DNA of 64,000 bases, taken from NCBI RefSeq assembly GCF_004010195.1, contig NC_057719.1:20733753-20797752 (forward strand), given 5' to 3'. The position numbers and the translations under genes are program-made. The notes under the pieces are model-generated. The model had not been told where the DNA came from and did no database searches. It worked only from the letters and a program-made list of their open reading frames with translations. Numbering within the stretch: the stretch's first letter is position 1; each line of letters begins with the position of its first letter. This DNA comes from Chiloscyllium plagiosum (lineage: Eukaryota). Shown here one piece after another: positions 39,451 to 51,759 of the stretch.

Positions 39451-41179
39451 TAGAAAACATCAAAAAACTCATTTGAGCACGAGGAGAGAAATGCTCCATG
39501 AAACGCTCCAAATTTGGCACTTACCCAGTCTTGTGAAATTTGGTTCGATGTATCTATATGCATCCTTACAAGTGATTATCAGGAAAATGATTCTCATTCC
39601 TGAAAGGGGAATGGCAGATACCCCCTGGACCCGATCACCTCTTCTCCTCACCTCAGCAAACCTAACACCCCTCCCTTTACTGTCCTTCCCCAACCTCAGA
39701 CTCAACCAAATACCCCCTGCTTGACAGTAACTCTCTCTAGGCAGCACCACTCTAATCTAAACCCCAGTAACTCTCTCTAGCCTACCTTAAGCCCTCATCT
39801 ATTTGCCTGCCTACCTTCCATGCTATCGACCCACCTATTGCTACATTGCCACTTTACTGAATTGTCAACCTAATTACCAACCTGACTCCTACTTTACACA
39901 TGAATCAATCGACAAACTTTCTAACTTGCTGTCCATCTATCTACGAAATACCCACTTACCCTCCCCACCTACCCATCCCGAATCTTACCCCATACCCATT
40001 TATCTCATTATGTACCTCATTACCTACTTATCTCACCCTATTACCCACTGACCTGACTCATCCAAATTGAATCTCTGTCAAATAAAATGGACTTACAATC
40101 TTTAAAATAAATAATTGTCAAAAAATCATTACATTTACAACTAATCAATAAAAGTATAATTAAATGCTTAAACAGGACAGAAGAAAGCATTAAAAAGCAA
40201 GACAACACATGCAACAGTTTCAAGACACTTACCTTGCAGCTTTAATGTCTTGGACGTTTGTTACTAATCTAGTAGGAAAATCCCAGATCTTCTGGTTTAC
40301 GGACATCATAGTTTCAACACTTTTATACAGACTTGGAGGTCTAGCTGAAAAGAAAAAAACATAGAAAGGTAAGTGGACAGTTTTAGTGTGTATTACTGAC
40401 AGTTCGGTCCGTTCAGACAATAGTCAGAATTTCTGATGGTAGGTTGCTCCTGAAAATTCTTAACAGCATGGAACTTTGAGTCCAACTTCTTTTTTAACAA
40501 TGTACAGCTTTTGAATGTAAAATATTATTCAAGCTATTTGACAAATGCACTCTATTTAGAATTATATTAGAATTCTTCACACCCACGCTCTCCATTCTCT
40601 CCACATATTATTCAGCATTCCTGATGCCTCAACCTCTGAGTTTAATACCCATACAAATGACTGTCATAAATCATTCCATGTTATCCTGTAGTTTGGTAAC
40701 ACAGATTATTTTTCACTTTGTATTGTTACCCACTTCGCTACTATTTCCGAATCCAATTGCACGGAAACCTTTATTGCCTTCATATTAACCATCACTATTT
40801 TAATTGAGGAACCTAGATTGTGGAGTAGGGTTGAGGGCAACATCTGCTCCTTGTGGTCCATAAAGCATTGAAAAAGATACAGAAACAAATGCGTTGGACT
40901 GTAGAGCCAACTGGCTTCTTGTGCTGTGGTTCAAGTGCAGAGTACCTTTGTCCTGATGTTGACGTTACTATCAAGTTGTTAATTTGTTACGTTATGTTAA
41001 CTCCTGCATGCACATAGTTCTCAATGTTTACTTGAATTGTCACATGTGAACAAGAATTGAGGCAAGAGTTTGCTACGATTGGATACTTAGGAAAACAGAC
41101 CCTGGTTTAACTGTTCTATTTCTCCTCCAGCTTTGAATGCAAGTTCCAAAATAAGAACAATAGACCACCCCTGAGAACA

Positions 41180-41396
41180 AGAGTGTGATGCTGGAAAAGC
41201 ACAGCAGGTCAGGCAGCATCCGAGGAGCAGGAAAATCGACGTTTCGGACATATGCCCTTCATCAGGGTTTCTGATGAAGGGCTTTTGCCTGAAACATAGA
41301 TTTTTCTGTGCCTCAGATGCTGCCTGACCTGCTGTGCTTTTCCAGCATCACACTCTTGACTCTAATCTCCAGCATCTGCAGCACTCACTTTCACCT
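41180..41396. mobile_element. Penelope-like family A inverted dimer with two back-to-back hammerhead cores (41238-41265 minus, 41271-41298 plus)
   Basis: GACGTTTCGGACATATGCCCTTCATCAG-GGTTT-CTGATGAAGGGCTTTTGCCTGAAACATA; about 85-bp inverted arms; imperfect TSD CCT(G/A)AGAACA. Confidence 0.88.
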
Positions 41397-41889
41397 CCTA
41401 AGAACACAGAGGCTTTGAGCTTTTGGTCAGCTTCGGTTTAATCTAACTTCTCACGCATGCCATTTCTGATTGAATAAGTCAGGGTGAAGGATGAAGTCAA
41501 ATTTTGTTTGGTATTTATTTCTGGGATGTGGGGCTCATTGGCTGGCCACATTTATTGTCCATCCCCAGTTGCCCTTGAAGAAGGTGGTGGTGAGTTGTCT
41601 TCTTGAACTGCTGCAGTCCACCTGCCGTGTGTTAACTGACAGTGCCATTAGGGAGGGAATTCCCAGATTTTCACCCAGCGATATATTTCCAAGACCTGCT
41701 TTTTATGTACAGGATGTGTTTGGGCAATTTTCTACATTGTTGGTTGGATGCCGGTGCCTTAACTGTACTGGAACAGCTCGGCTAGAGGAGCAGCACGTTC
41801 TGGAGCACAAGTCTTCAATACTATTGCTGGAATGTTGTCATTTGCATCATTCAGTTTCTCCTACAATTCCTTGATATCACGTGGAGTAA

Positions 41890-42084
41890 GGAGAAAGTGA
41901 GGACTGCAGATGCTGGAGATCAGAGCTTAAAAATGTGTTGCTGGAAAAGCGCAGCAGGTCAGGCAGCATCAAAGGAACAGGAGATATCGATGTTTCGGGC
42001 ATAAGTTTATGCCCAAAACATCGATTCTCCTGTTCCTTTGATGCTGCCTGACCTGCTGCGCTTTTCCAGCAACACATTTTTAAG
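41890..42084. mobile_element. Penelope-like family A inverted dimer, 14-bp TSD, CUGANGA segments deleted at the centre
   Basis: ATCACGTGGAGTAA at 41876-41889 and 42085-42098; near-perfect inverted arms centred at about 42005. Confidence 0.9.
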
Positions 42085-43235
42085 ATCACGTGGAGTAAAT
42101 CAGATTGGCTGAAAATTGGTATATGTAATGCTAGATATCATAGGAGGAGGCCAAGATAGATCATCCACTCAGCATTTCTGGCTGAAGATTGCTGTAAAAG
42201 CTTTAGCCTTACTGTTTTTCACTGATGTGTTGGGTTCTTCCATCACTGAGGATGGGGATATTTGTACAGCCACCTCCTCATCCAGCAAATTGTTTGATTG
42301 TCCACCCTCATTCACAACTGGATGCTGCATTACTGCAGAGCTTAGATCTGATCTGGTAAATGGCGGATCACTTAGCTCTGTCTATCACTTGCTGCTTATG
42401 CTGTCTGACCTGCAAGTAACCCTGCTTAGTGGCATCAGCAGATTGACACCTCATCTTCAGGTATGGCCAGTGCTGCTCCTGGAATGCCTTCCTGCACTCT
42501 CCGTTGAACCAGGGTTGATTCCTTGGCTTAATAGTAATGGTTGAGTGGGTCAGATGGTGGATCATGAGGTTACAGATTGTGCTGGAGTACAATTCTGCTG
42601 CTGTTGATGGGCCACAGTGCCTCACGGATGCCTAGTCTTGAGTTGCTAGACCTGTTCAAAGTCTGTTCCATTCAGAACGGTGAAAGTTATTCTCAATGTG
42701 AAGGCAGACTTCGTCTCCACAAGGACTGTGCAGCGCTCATTCTTATTGATTCTGTCATGGACAGATGCATCTGCAGCTGGCAGATTGGTATGGATGAAGG
42801 CAAGTATGTTTTTCCATCTTATTGGTTCCCAGTCTTGCAGCTGTGTTCTTTAGGACGCGACCAGTTCAATCTGTAGTACTGCTGCTGAGCCACTCTTGGG
42901 GATGGACATTGAAATTCCCCACCCAGATTACATTTTGCACCCTGGCCACCCTCAGTGCTTCCTCCAAGTGTTGTTCAACATGGAGGAGTACTGATTGATC
43001 GGCTGAGGGAAAACAATATGTGGTAATCAGCAGAAGGTTTCCATGCCCATGTTTAACCTGAAGCCACGAGACTTCATGGGGTCTGGAGTCAATGTTGAGG
43101 AGTCCCAGGGCAACTCACTCCCAACTGTATACCACTGTGCCACCACCTCTGCTGGGCCTATCCTGCTGGTGAGACAGGACAGGATGGTAATAGTGATGAT
43201 GTATCTGGAACATTGTCTGTAAGGTATGATTGGGT

Positions 43236-43421
43236 ATTGGACTGGGGTGTACAAAATTAAAAATTACACGACACTAGGTTATAGTCCAACAGGTTTATTT
43301 GGAAGTACTAGCTTTCGGAGTGCTGCACCTTCGTCAGGTGGTTGTGGAGCGGAGCAGCACCCAGAAGGTTAGTGCTTCCAAATAAACTTGTTGGACTGTA
43401 ACCTGATATTGTGTGGTTTTT
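43236..43421. mobile_element. Penelope LTR-like family C inverted element; hammerhead 43306-43340 (-)
   Basis: Minus CAC-CTGACGA-A-GGTGC-AGC-ACTCC-GAAAG-CTA-GTA; imperfect 23-bp duplication at 43209-43231 and 43422-43444. Confidence 0.82.
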
Positions 43422-44364
43422 AACATTGTCTCGAAGGTATAATTCCATGAGTATGACTATGTCAGGCTATTGCTTGAGTCATCTGTGAGACAGGTCTTCC
43501 AATTTTGGCACTAGCCTCCAGATGTTAGCGAGTAGAACTTTGCAGGATCGACAGGGCTGTTTCTGCCAATGCCTATTCCGATACCTAGGGCGATGCCAGA
43601 TGATTCGTGCGATTTCATTTCTTTGAGACTTTGCTGTTATTGGTACAACTGAATGGATTGCTAGAACATTTCAGAGTGTAATTGAGAGTCAACTACATTG
43701 CTGTGGGTCTGGAATCACATGTGGGCTAGACCAGGTGAGGATGGCAGATTTCCTTCCTTCCCTGAAGGAGATTACTGAAACAGAGGGGTTTTTCTGACAA
43801 TCTACAATGATTTCACGGTCATCAGTAGATTCTTAATTCCAAATGATTTTGTATTTGAATTCCACCTAGGTCTTGAACCTGGATTCCTAGAACATTACCT
43901 GGGTCCTCTAGACTAATAGCTTAGCAACAATACCACTAGGCCATCACCTTCCCCCTGACGTTTCTCCTAAAGAGAGTAATTAATTTGCTGTATGGTATAA
44001 CAGGCCTCTAAACATGCTTCTAAACCAACTGCTGTTCTTGTGAAAGTCACATGCATCAGTGAGCTAATCTGCCTTGAGGGTGATCAGACCCCAGCCTGTG
44101 TATTAGGCATATTTAATAAAAGGTACATTTTCAAATATCGTGGTGCATAATTTTCAATTATTATGCTTGGCATGTATTTTAATTGATTTAGTCTAATCTT
44201 ATTCGCATATCCCTGCTGTGTTCATAATCCTGAAGTTCTAAGTTAAATGATTGGAAATACAAAATAATTAAAAACAAATCATTGCATCATCAGCTATCAT
44301 GGTTTACATGCAAAAAAAACAATATTTGAAATTGCATTAACTTGCATACTTAACCAGGTGAATG

Positions 44365-45858
44365 TTTGACAACTCTAGACCAGTGAGCCTGACATTGGTG
44401 GTGGGCAAGTCGTTGGAGGGAATCCTGAGGGACAGGGTGCACATCTATTTGGAAAGGCAAGGACTGATTAGGGATAGGAGAAAGTGAAGACTGCAGATGC
44501 TGGAGATCCAAGCTGAAAATGTGTTGCTGGAAAAGTGCAGATGATTAGGGATTAGGGATAGTCAACACTGCTTTGTGCATGGGAAATCATGTCTCACATA
44601 CTTGATTGAATTTTTTGAAGATGTAACAAAGTGGATTGATGGGAGCAGAGCAGCAGACATGATCTATATGGACTTCAGCAAGGCGCTTGACAAGGTTCCC
44701 CATGGGAGACTGGTTAGCAAGGTTAGATCTCAGGGAATTCAGAGAGAACTATCCATTTGGATACAGAACTGGCTCAAAGGTGGAAGACAGAGGTTGGTGT
44801 GGCGTGTTGTTTTTCAGATTGGAGGCCTGTGACCAGTGGAGTGTCACAAGGATCGGTGCTGAGTCCTCTACTTTTTGTCATTTATACCAATGATTTGGAT
44901 GTGAGCTGAAGAGGTATAGTTAGTAAGTTTGCAGATGACACCAAAATTGAAGGTGTAGTGGACAGCGAACAAGGTTACTTCAGAGTACAACTGGATCTTG
45001 ATCAGATGGGCCAATGAGCTGAGAAGTGACAGATGGAGTTTAATTTAGATAAATGTGCGGTGCTGAATTTTGGGAAAACAAATCTTAGCAGGACTTATAC
45101 ACTTAATGGTAAGGTCATAGGGAGGGTTGCTGAACAAAAAGACCTTGGAGTGCAGGTTCATAGCTCCGTGAAAGTGGAGTCGCAGGTAGATAGGACAGGG
45201 AAGAAGGCGTTTGGTATGCTTTCTTTTATTGGTCAGAGGATTGAGTACCAGCGTTAGGAGGTCATTCTGTGGCTGGACAGGATATTGGTTAGGCCACTTT
45301 TGGAATATTTCATGCAGTTCTGGTCTCCTTCCTATTGGAAAGATGTTGTGAAACTTGACAGGGTCCAGAAAAGATTTACAAGGATGTTGCCAGGGTTGGA
45401 GCATTTGAGCTCTAGGGAGAGGCTGAATAGGCTAAGGCTGTTTTCCCTGGAGTGTTGGAGGCTGAGGGGGTGACCTTATAGAGGTTTACAAAATTATGAG
45501 AGGCATGAATAGGGTAAATAGACAAGGACTTTTCCCTGGGGTGGGGGAGTCCAGAACTAGAGAGCATTGTTTTATTGTGAGAGAAGAAAGATATAAAAGA
45601 GACCTAAGGGGCAATTTTTTCATGCAGAGGGTGGTGTGCATGTGTGGAATGAGCTGCCAGAGGAAGTGGTGGAGGCTAATACAATTGCAATATTTAGAAG
45701 GCATCTGGATGGGTATATGAATGGAAAGAGTTCAGAGGGATAATGACTGGGTGCTGGCAGGTGGAACTAGATTGTGTTGGGATATCTGGTTGGCATGGAC
45801 GTGTTGGACTGAAGCATCTATTTCCAAACTGTACATCTCTATGACTCTGTGACTCTAT
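44365..45858 (+). mobile_element. CR1 (HER1-like) LINE, RT to 3' tail
   Basis: KSCLTYLIEFFE, YMDFSKALDKVPH, SKFADDTK, VRPLLEYFMQFWSP; tail CTCTATGACTCTGTGACTCTAT. Confidence 0.95.
44477..44541 (-). mobile_element. Family A fragment inside CR1, 11-bp TSD
   Basis: TGATTAGGGAT at 44465-44475 and 44542-44552. Confidence 0.8.
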
Positions 45859-46184
45859 AGATGCAACTGTAATCCATTAACACATACCTTATTTGTTGCC
45901 CTATGACTTAAGAAGGCAGATGTAAACATTGTGCAAGTTTGCATGAAGAGGGTAAAATGGTTATCATGGTTTAGCCACTCATTTTACTCTTATTTGCAGT
46001 CCAACTGCAGTCAACCCATGTCTACTTCTCCACTACCTCTGATCCCATCACTGCTCTTACTTTCCACTGAAGTCAGTGCAAATGTAAAATCTACTGTGAA
46101 CTTCTCAAAATAGGCCATTCACCTTCAGTGGGACAAATTTCAAAATGAAATTGCTCATCATCATCACCTTCTGATTGCACCTCA

Positions 46185-46350
46185 GTTGATATTTTCCCTG
46201 TACAGTTATTTATATTGCCTCGTTCTGTCTAAGCACCCTATGATCTGGGTGTCGTGGTTTGATATGATCTGCCTGTACTGCTTGCAAAACAAGACTTTTC
46301 ACTGTACTAAGGTACATGTGACAACAATAAAACAAATCAAATCAAATCAA
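46185..46350 (+). mobile_element. Rex1/Babar-type LINE 3' tail
   Basis: TCTGCCTGTACTGC..CTTTTCACTGTAC..GGTACATGTGACAACAATAAA(ACAAATCAAATCAAATCAA). Confidence 0.6.
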
Positions 46351-46502
46351 TTTTGGAAATGTAATTTGGTCAACTAGGGATAACCTTCAAACTCCAAAAA
46401 TGAAAATAACTAGTTCCATCTCAGTTTTTAAGGCAAATAATCAAATGTTATTTTAAATCTCTATTTCCATACTACATGTGTTTTTACAAAGCTTACCACA
46501 AT

Positions 46503-46613
46503 GATTCCTGATGAAGGGCTTTGCCTGAACTGTCGACTCTCCTGCTCCGCTGTGCTTTTTCAGTACCACATTCTCGACTCTAACCTCCAGCATCTGCAGT
46601 CCTCACTTTCACC
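46503..46613 (+). mobile_element. Penelope-like family A element (mutated core)
   Basis: ATTCCTGATGAAGGGCTTTGCCTGAACTGTCGACTCTCC...CTCCAGCATCTGCAGTCCTCACTTTC. Confidence 0.78.
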
Positions 46614-46939
46614 TTCCCACACTGATTGTCAAACTCAAGATCACCAACAAACAGGAACATATTCAGCTTATACATCTGTAACTATTTAAGAATGCTGATA
46701 AATAATATATTTCAAATAAATAGTCGTTCAACAGATGCCGTTAGGGACTGTGTTTAAACTCCAATTTCTGTAATTTTGAAAACATGAATTTCTAAACTAG
46801 CACAGAGAAAGTATGTATTTATAGGCAGAAGAAATTGATCTGATTTATGAGCAGGTTTCTACTTTGTTTATAGTTAATTTTGAAAGAGTAGTATTAACGT
46901 GAGTAAAGGTAAATAAAGTAATTTAAAAGTACAAGGTTA

Positions 46940-47790
46940 AGTTATGACAGGACAACTCAGCCAAGTGGAATGCCTGCCCTGTTGCATGTGGGAAGTTATA
47001 GGTGATTCATGTGATCTAGACAGGCCCCATGTGCAGAAGTTTGAGCTCAAGAGCTCAAGCAGTGACTGAAGTCACTGAAGAGGATCCATGTGACAAGAAA
47101 TGATGTGGATGGCATGTTCAGAAAGGTGGTAGCCCAGGTAATCCAAGACAAAGAGGCAGGTAGTGCAGGAGTCTCCAGAGGTCCTACTCTCTAACCAGAT
47201 TTCTGTTCTGGATACTAGTGTTGACGATGGATCCCTGAAGGAGTGTGGCTAGAGCCAACCTCATGCACCATGGGTGACCCAACTGTATAAGAGAGGGGAA
47301 AGGAGAGTTTAAGATAATGACAATGATAATAACAATAATAATAATTCAATAATGATGGGGGATTTTTACTCAAGGATGGTATATTACATCCTGGTGCTCG
47401 GATCAAGGATGTCACAAAATGGCTGGAGAACATTCTTCTGTAGGAAGGTGAACAGCCAGATGTCATGGTGCACATGGATAGTAACAACATGGATAGGAAG
47501 GTGAATGTGGTCCTACAAACAGGATTTAGGGAGGTGGGTAGAAAATGAGCAAACAGGACCTCGAAGTTACTAATAGTCAGAATGCTGTCAGTGCCATTTA
47601 CAGTGGTTACATGAACTGGAATGTAAGACAGATGAGCGCATGGCTATAAAGATAGTGTAGGAAGGAGGGCTTTAGATTCCTGGGAAACTGGGACTGGTTG
47701 TGAGGCAGATGGCTTCTGTACAAGCCAGACAGTTTGCTTCCAAACAGAACTGAGACTAAATTTTTCTAATGCTGTTGGGGAGGGTTTACC
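46940..47790 (+). mobile_element. Old CR1 ORF1 remnant
   Basis: CCMWEV, MCRS, HPGARIKDV, EQPDVMVHMDSNN; parallels 16027-16937. Confidence 0.75.
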
Positions 47791-47924
47791 CTAACTCAGC
47801 AGTGGTGTGGGAGTCAGAAGACAATAGTAGATTGAGGGACAGATAGCACTGAAATAGAAAATAGTAAGTTACTCGGTGTGAGTGAGTATGATGACAGTGA
47901 CCAAAGAATCCAATCTGGTATACG

Positions 47925-48615
47925 ACCATAAGACAATAAGACGTAGGAGCAGAAATTAGGCCATCGAGTCTGCTCCGCCATTCAATCATTCGCCCGTACC
48001 TGTTTTTTTTGTTTTTGCCACTGTTTACCTCTTATTTACTTATCTATGCTACTTAACTCCGTGGTCTGCCTGTATTGCTCACAAGTAAAGCTTTTCACTG
48101 TGCCTCGGTACACGCGAATAATAAATTCAATACAATTCAATTCAATTTAATCAAGTTTCTCAATCTCATTTTCCCATTTTCTCCCCATAACCCTTGATCA
48201 TCAAGAACCTATCTATCTCAATCTTAAATATACTCAATGGCCTCTGTGGCAGTGAATTCCATAGATTCACCACTCTCTGGCTGAAGACGTTTTTCCTTAT
48301 CTCCATTCTGTAAGGTCTTCCCTTTACTCTAAGGCTGTGCCCTCGGGTCCTAGTGTCTCCTATTAATGGAAACATCTTCCCAACAATCACTCTGTACAGA
48401 CCATTCAGTATTCTGTAAATGTCAATTAATTCCTCCCTCATCCTTCTGAATTCCATCGAGTATAGAACCAGAGTCCTCAAATGATCTTCATATGTTAAGC
48501 CTTTCATTCCTTGGACCATTCTCGTGAACCTCCTCTGAACACACTGTAGAGCCAGTACATCTTTTCTGAGATATGGGGCTCAAAACTACACATAATATTC
48601 TAAATGTGGCATGAT
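47925..48615 (-). mobile_element. CR1 3' end containing a Rex/Babar-type tail (47991-48148, plus strand)
   Basis: EFRRMREELIDIYRIL, TRTRGHSL, FSQRVVNLWNSLP; insert ends AATAAATTCAATACAATTCAATTCAA. Confidence 0.88.
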
Positions 48616-48691
48616 CATGAGATGGTGTGTGTCAGAACACACAATGGTCTTGACATAACATTACAATTACGCAATTGCAGTTAACAGTGCA

Positions 48692-48902
48692 GAGTCGAGA
48701 GTGTGGTGCTGGAAAAACACAGCAGGTCAGGCAGCATCTAAGGAGCAGGAGAATCGACATTTCGAGCATAAGCCCTTCATTAGGCAGGCTCATGCCCAAA
48801 ACGTCGATTTTCCTGCTCCTCGGATGCTGCCTGCCCTGCTGTGCTTTTCCAGCACCACACTCTCAACTCTGATCTCCAGAATCTGCAGTCCTCACTTTCT
48901 CT
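48692..48902. mobile_element. Penelope-like family A inverted dimer, 14-bp TSD (13/14)
   Basis: CAGTTA(A/G)CAGTGCA at 48678-48691 and 48903-48916; inverted arms centred at about 48785. Confidence 0.88.
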
Positions 48903-48919
48903 CAGTTAGCAGTGCAACC

Positions 48920-49412
48920 TGATGTGCAGTACAAAATTGCAGAAACATTGTATAAGTGGACCGAATGTGCCATGGGTATTCTTCGGGGCGGGGCATGCAT
49001 TGGTTGCCAATGTCAGAGAATGTGAAATTGCGTGACCACTGCCCGTGGACCATGCCCTGAGAGGCTGCTGCAACATAGAGGTCCTTTGAATCAAGCAGTG
49101 TTCTGAGGTCGTGAAGTACGTGCTTTGATTCCATGTCGAGATATCTTTGTCAATGTCTAGCTTGTTTGGCTCATTTAGTAAGGTAGGAAGCTGAATATGA
49201 ATGAGGCAAGTTGGGACATTAATAAGGTGTTTAACAAGCTCTAAACCCCCTTAATTGGCAACATGCTGCCGCTGAGTGAAAAACTCAGCATGTCACTCAG
49301 CAAATGCATAAAAGATGCTGCAAGATGCTCCCAACATCGAGATAGGATTTGGCAGAGTTCCCTTTTGATTCATGCACTAGCACACATCATTAAGACACTG
49401 TAAGATTCCATC
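48920..49412 (-). mobile_element. Possible Harbinger terminal fragment
   Basis: TIR-like GGATGGAATCTTAC at about 49399-49412, layout like 10200-10571; no clear protein motif. Confidence 0.35.
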
Positions 49413-49645
49413 CTTTATGTTCTCTTTAGCACTAGACTACACTTGCCTCCAATCTCAACATTTCACTGGAAATATTAGGAGCCAAATCCAAGAATCACTT
49501 GATTGCCAAGAAAGAGCAATCATATTTTCTGCAGACACTATGAAAAATAATAAACACAACATTAAACATGCATTCACACAGGTACAAAGTTGAAATGGGA
49601 TAGCATCCAGTTCAAAAGAAATATAGAAAAGAATATATGATTTAC

Positions 49646-50404
49646 AGTCATAGAGTCTTCGAGTCAAAGAGATGTACAACACGGAAACAGACCCTTCGGT
49701 CCAATTCGTCCATGCCGACCAGATATCCCAACTTAATCTAGTTCCACTTGCCAGCACCCGGCCCATATCCCTCCAAACCCTTCCTATCCATATACCTATC
49801 CAGGTGTCTTTTAAATGTTGCAATTGTACAGCCTCCACCACTTCCTCTAGCAGCTCTTTCTACACACGTACCACCCTCTGTGTGAAAAAGCTGCCCCTTC
49901 GGTCTCTTTTAAATCTTTCCCCTCTCACCCTAAACATACGCGCTCTAGTTCTTGACTCCTCCATTCCAACCTCTATAAGGTAACCCCTCAGCCTCCAATG
50001 GTCCAGGGAAAACAGCCCCAGTCTAGTCAACTTCTCCCTATAACTCAAATCCTCCAACACTGGCAATATCCTTGTAAACCTTTTCTGAACCCTTTCGAGT
50101 TTCACAACATCCTTCCGATAGGAAAGAGACCAGAATTGCACCAGATATTCCAAATGTGACCTAACCAACTTCCTGTACAACTACAACATGACCTCCCAAC
50201 ACATATACTCAATATTCTGACCAATAAAGGAAAGCATACCCAAAGCCTTCTTTACTATCCTATCTACCTGTGACTCTACTTTCAAGGAGACATGAATCTG
50301 CACTCCGAGGTCTGTTTGTTCAGCAACCCTCCTTAGGACCTTACCATTAAGTGTATAAGTCCTGCTAACATTTGCTTTCCCAAAATGCAACACCTTGCAT
50401 TTAT
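49646..50404 (-). mobile_element. CR1 (HER1-like) 3' end
   Basis: LVRSHLEYLVQFWS, FFTQRVVRV; same subfamily as 19730 and 44365. Confidence 0.95.
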
Positions 50405-51759
50405 CCTTGACCTGTACAATTTTAACCTGAAACTACAACTGTTTAATTGATGTGTTATATCTGCAGCCTTAGCAAATTTTTCAGATGTCCTTTCAGTGCT
50501 CAGGGTCCTGATGCTCCTTTTTTAATCAGAACTGTCACTTAGTCATCCCCTTTTTGAGAGGCTGAGAGAGCATTTTTTCCTTTTGATTTCAGTCACAAAT
50601 CCTTCTCTCCTGGTCTGTCGCATTTAGCTCCCCAAACACAGCTGGCCTGTGTATTCCAGTGGGCAAGTTCCTTCTTTCCAAAGTATCAATTGTAGGTTAT
50701 GTCTTTTATTGTTATTATGTCAAATTATCACACAGTTGTGAATTACAATAGGAGCTGAGATTTCTTCATATATTACAAGTTTCTCTGTCTTTTAGTAAAA
50801 ATCTTCATTTCAGATCTGACCCATTTGGTTATTCAACATTGTTTCCCAAAACTTGGCTAACTTGATTAGTCTGAGGATTACTGTGGACAAAGGTGCAAAG
50901 TTCTTTTAAAGTTTAAAGGCTAATTATTTTCATAAAATCCAATACTGCTTACTTGCAATTAGCACTTAAATTTCTTAAGATTCTTGATCAGTAGGGAAAT
51001 CAAGCATTATGGGGAGAATATAGAAAAGTGGATGTGAGGAATATTAAATCAGCCATGAATCGTGGCATAACTTGCGAGCAGAATGGGCTAGACCTTTTCT
51101 TACTTCTTCTGGTCTCATAAAGTTGCTGTTTAAAAGTTTTAAAAGTCTCCCAACCTGGCACATGTTCAAATCACCCTCTACTAGACAACAAAAGATTAGT
51201 TAATTATCTAACAGGCCAAAATTGATTTCATAACTAGTTGCCCATAAATTCATTTCAATCTCAGCAGCAGAAATAGGAGAGATTAAGTACAATTGAGCAG
51301 AATGCATATCCAGGAGTTTGGTCAGTAAGGTAGTTGGGTGAGGAGGGGAAGATGTTGTTTCATTTTATATATTTGTCAGCCTCCAGGAGAGCAGAAGCTG
51401 AAAAGCTACACGGCAGAAAGTATAGAATGAAGGATGCTCAGTACTGCTAAACTCTCTAAAGACATTTAGAGGTAAATAAAAGGTGATATTGCAAGGAAAA
51501 GGCTAAGTGATTGGTTGATGAGTAATTTATTTGTGTATCTTATTTAAAGAATTTAAGAAGTCATCAATATGTGTGTGAGTCCAGATGGCTGCTTTGTCAT
51601 CTGGTTATTGCAACTAACAGAACTTTTTAACCCTTAATGAATGACATAAACCCTTAATGAATAACAATCATAAATTGTTAAACCTTATTAAGATTATAAA
51701 ATTTATTGGGGGTACTAAGATTTACTGGAAGTCTCAGGTTTCTTAATTATTGATGAATT

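Larger units (their letters stand above)
41510..43955 (-). mobile_element. Second LINE family copy: tRNA/Deu-SINE-like head + APE endonuclease + linker, RT core deleted, 3' tail retained
   Basis: A box TGGCCTAGTGG (43933-43943), B box GGTTCAAGACC (43869-43879); LANIWRLVPKL..PDIVILMELYL, QDRPSRGGGTVVY, WVGNFNVH, QPWFNGECRKA, PVHKKQ then jump to the tail at about 41694. Confidence 0.85.

Noticed and set aside
41890..42084. Palindromic inserts as MITEs or miRNA genes
   Set aside because: Arms are unequal, the same unit occurs as monomers, and TSD length varies from 10 to 16 bp, which fits retrotransposition rather than cut-and-paste elements
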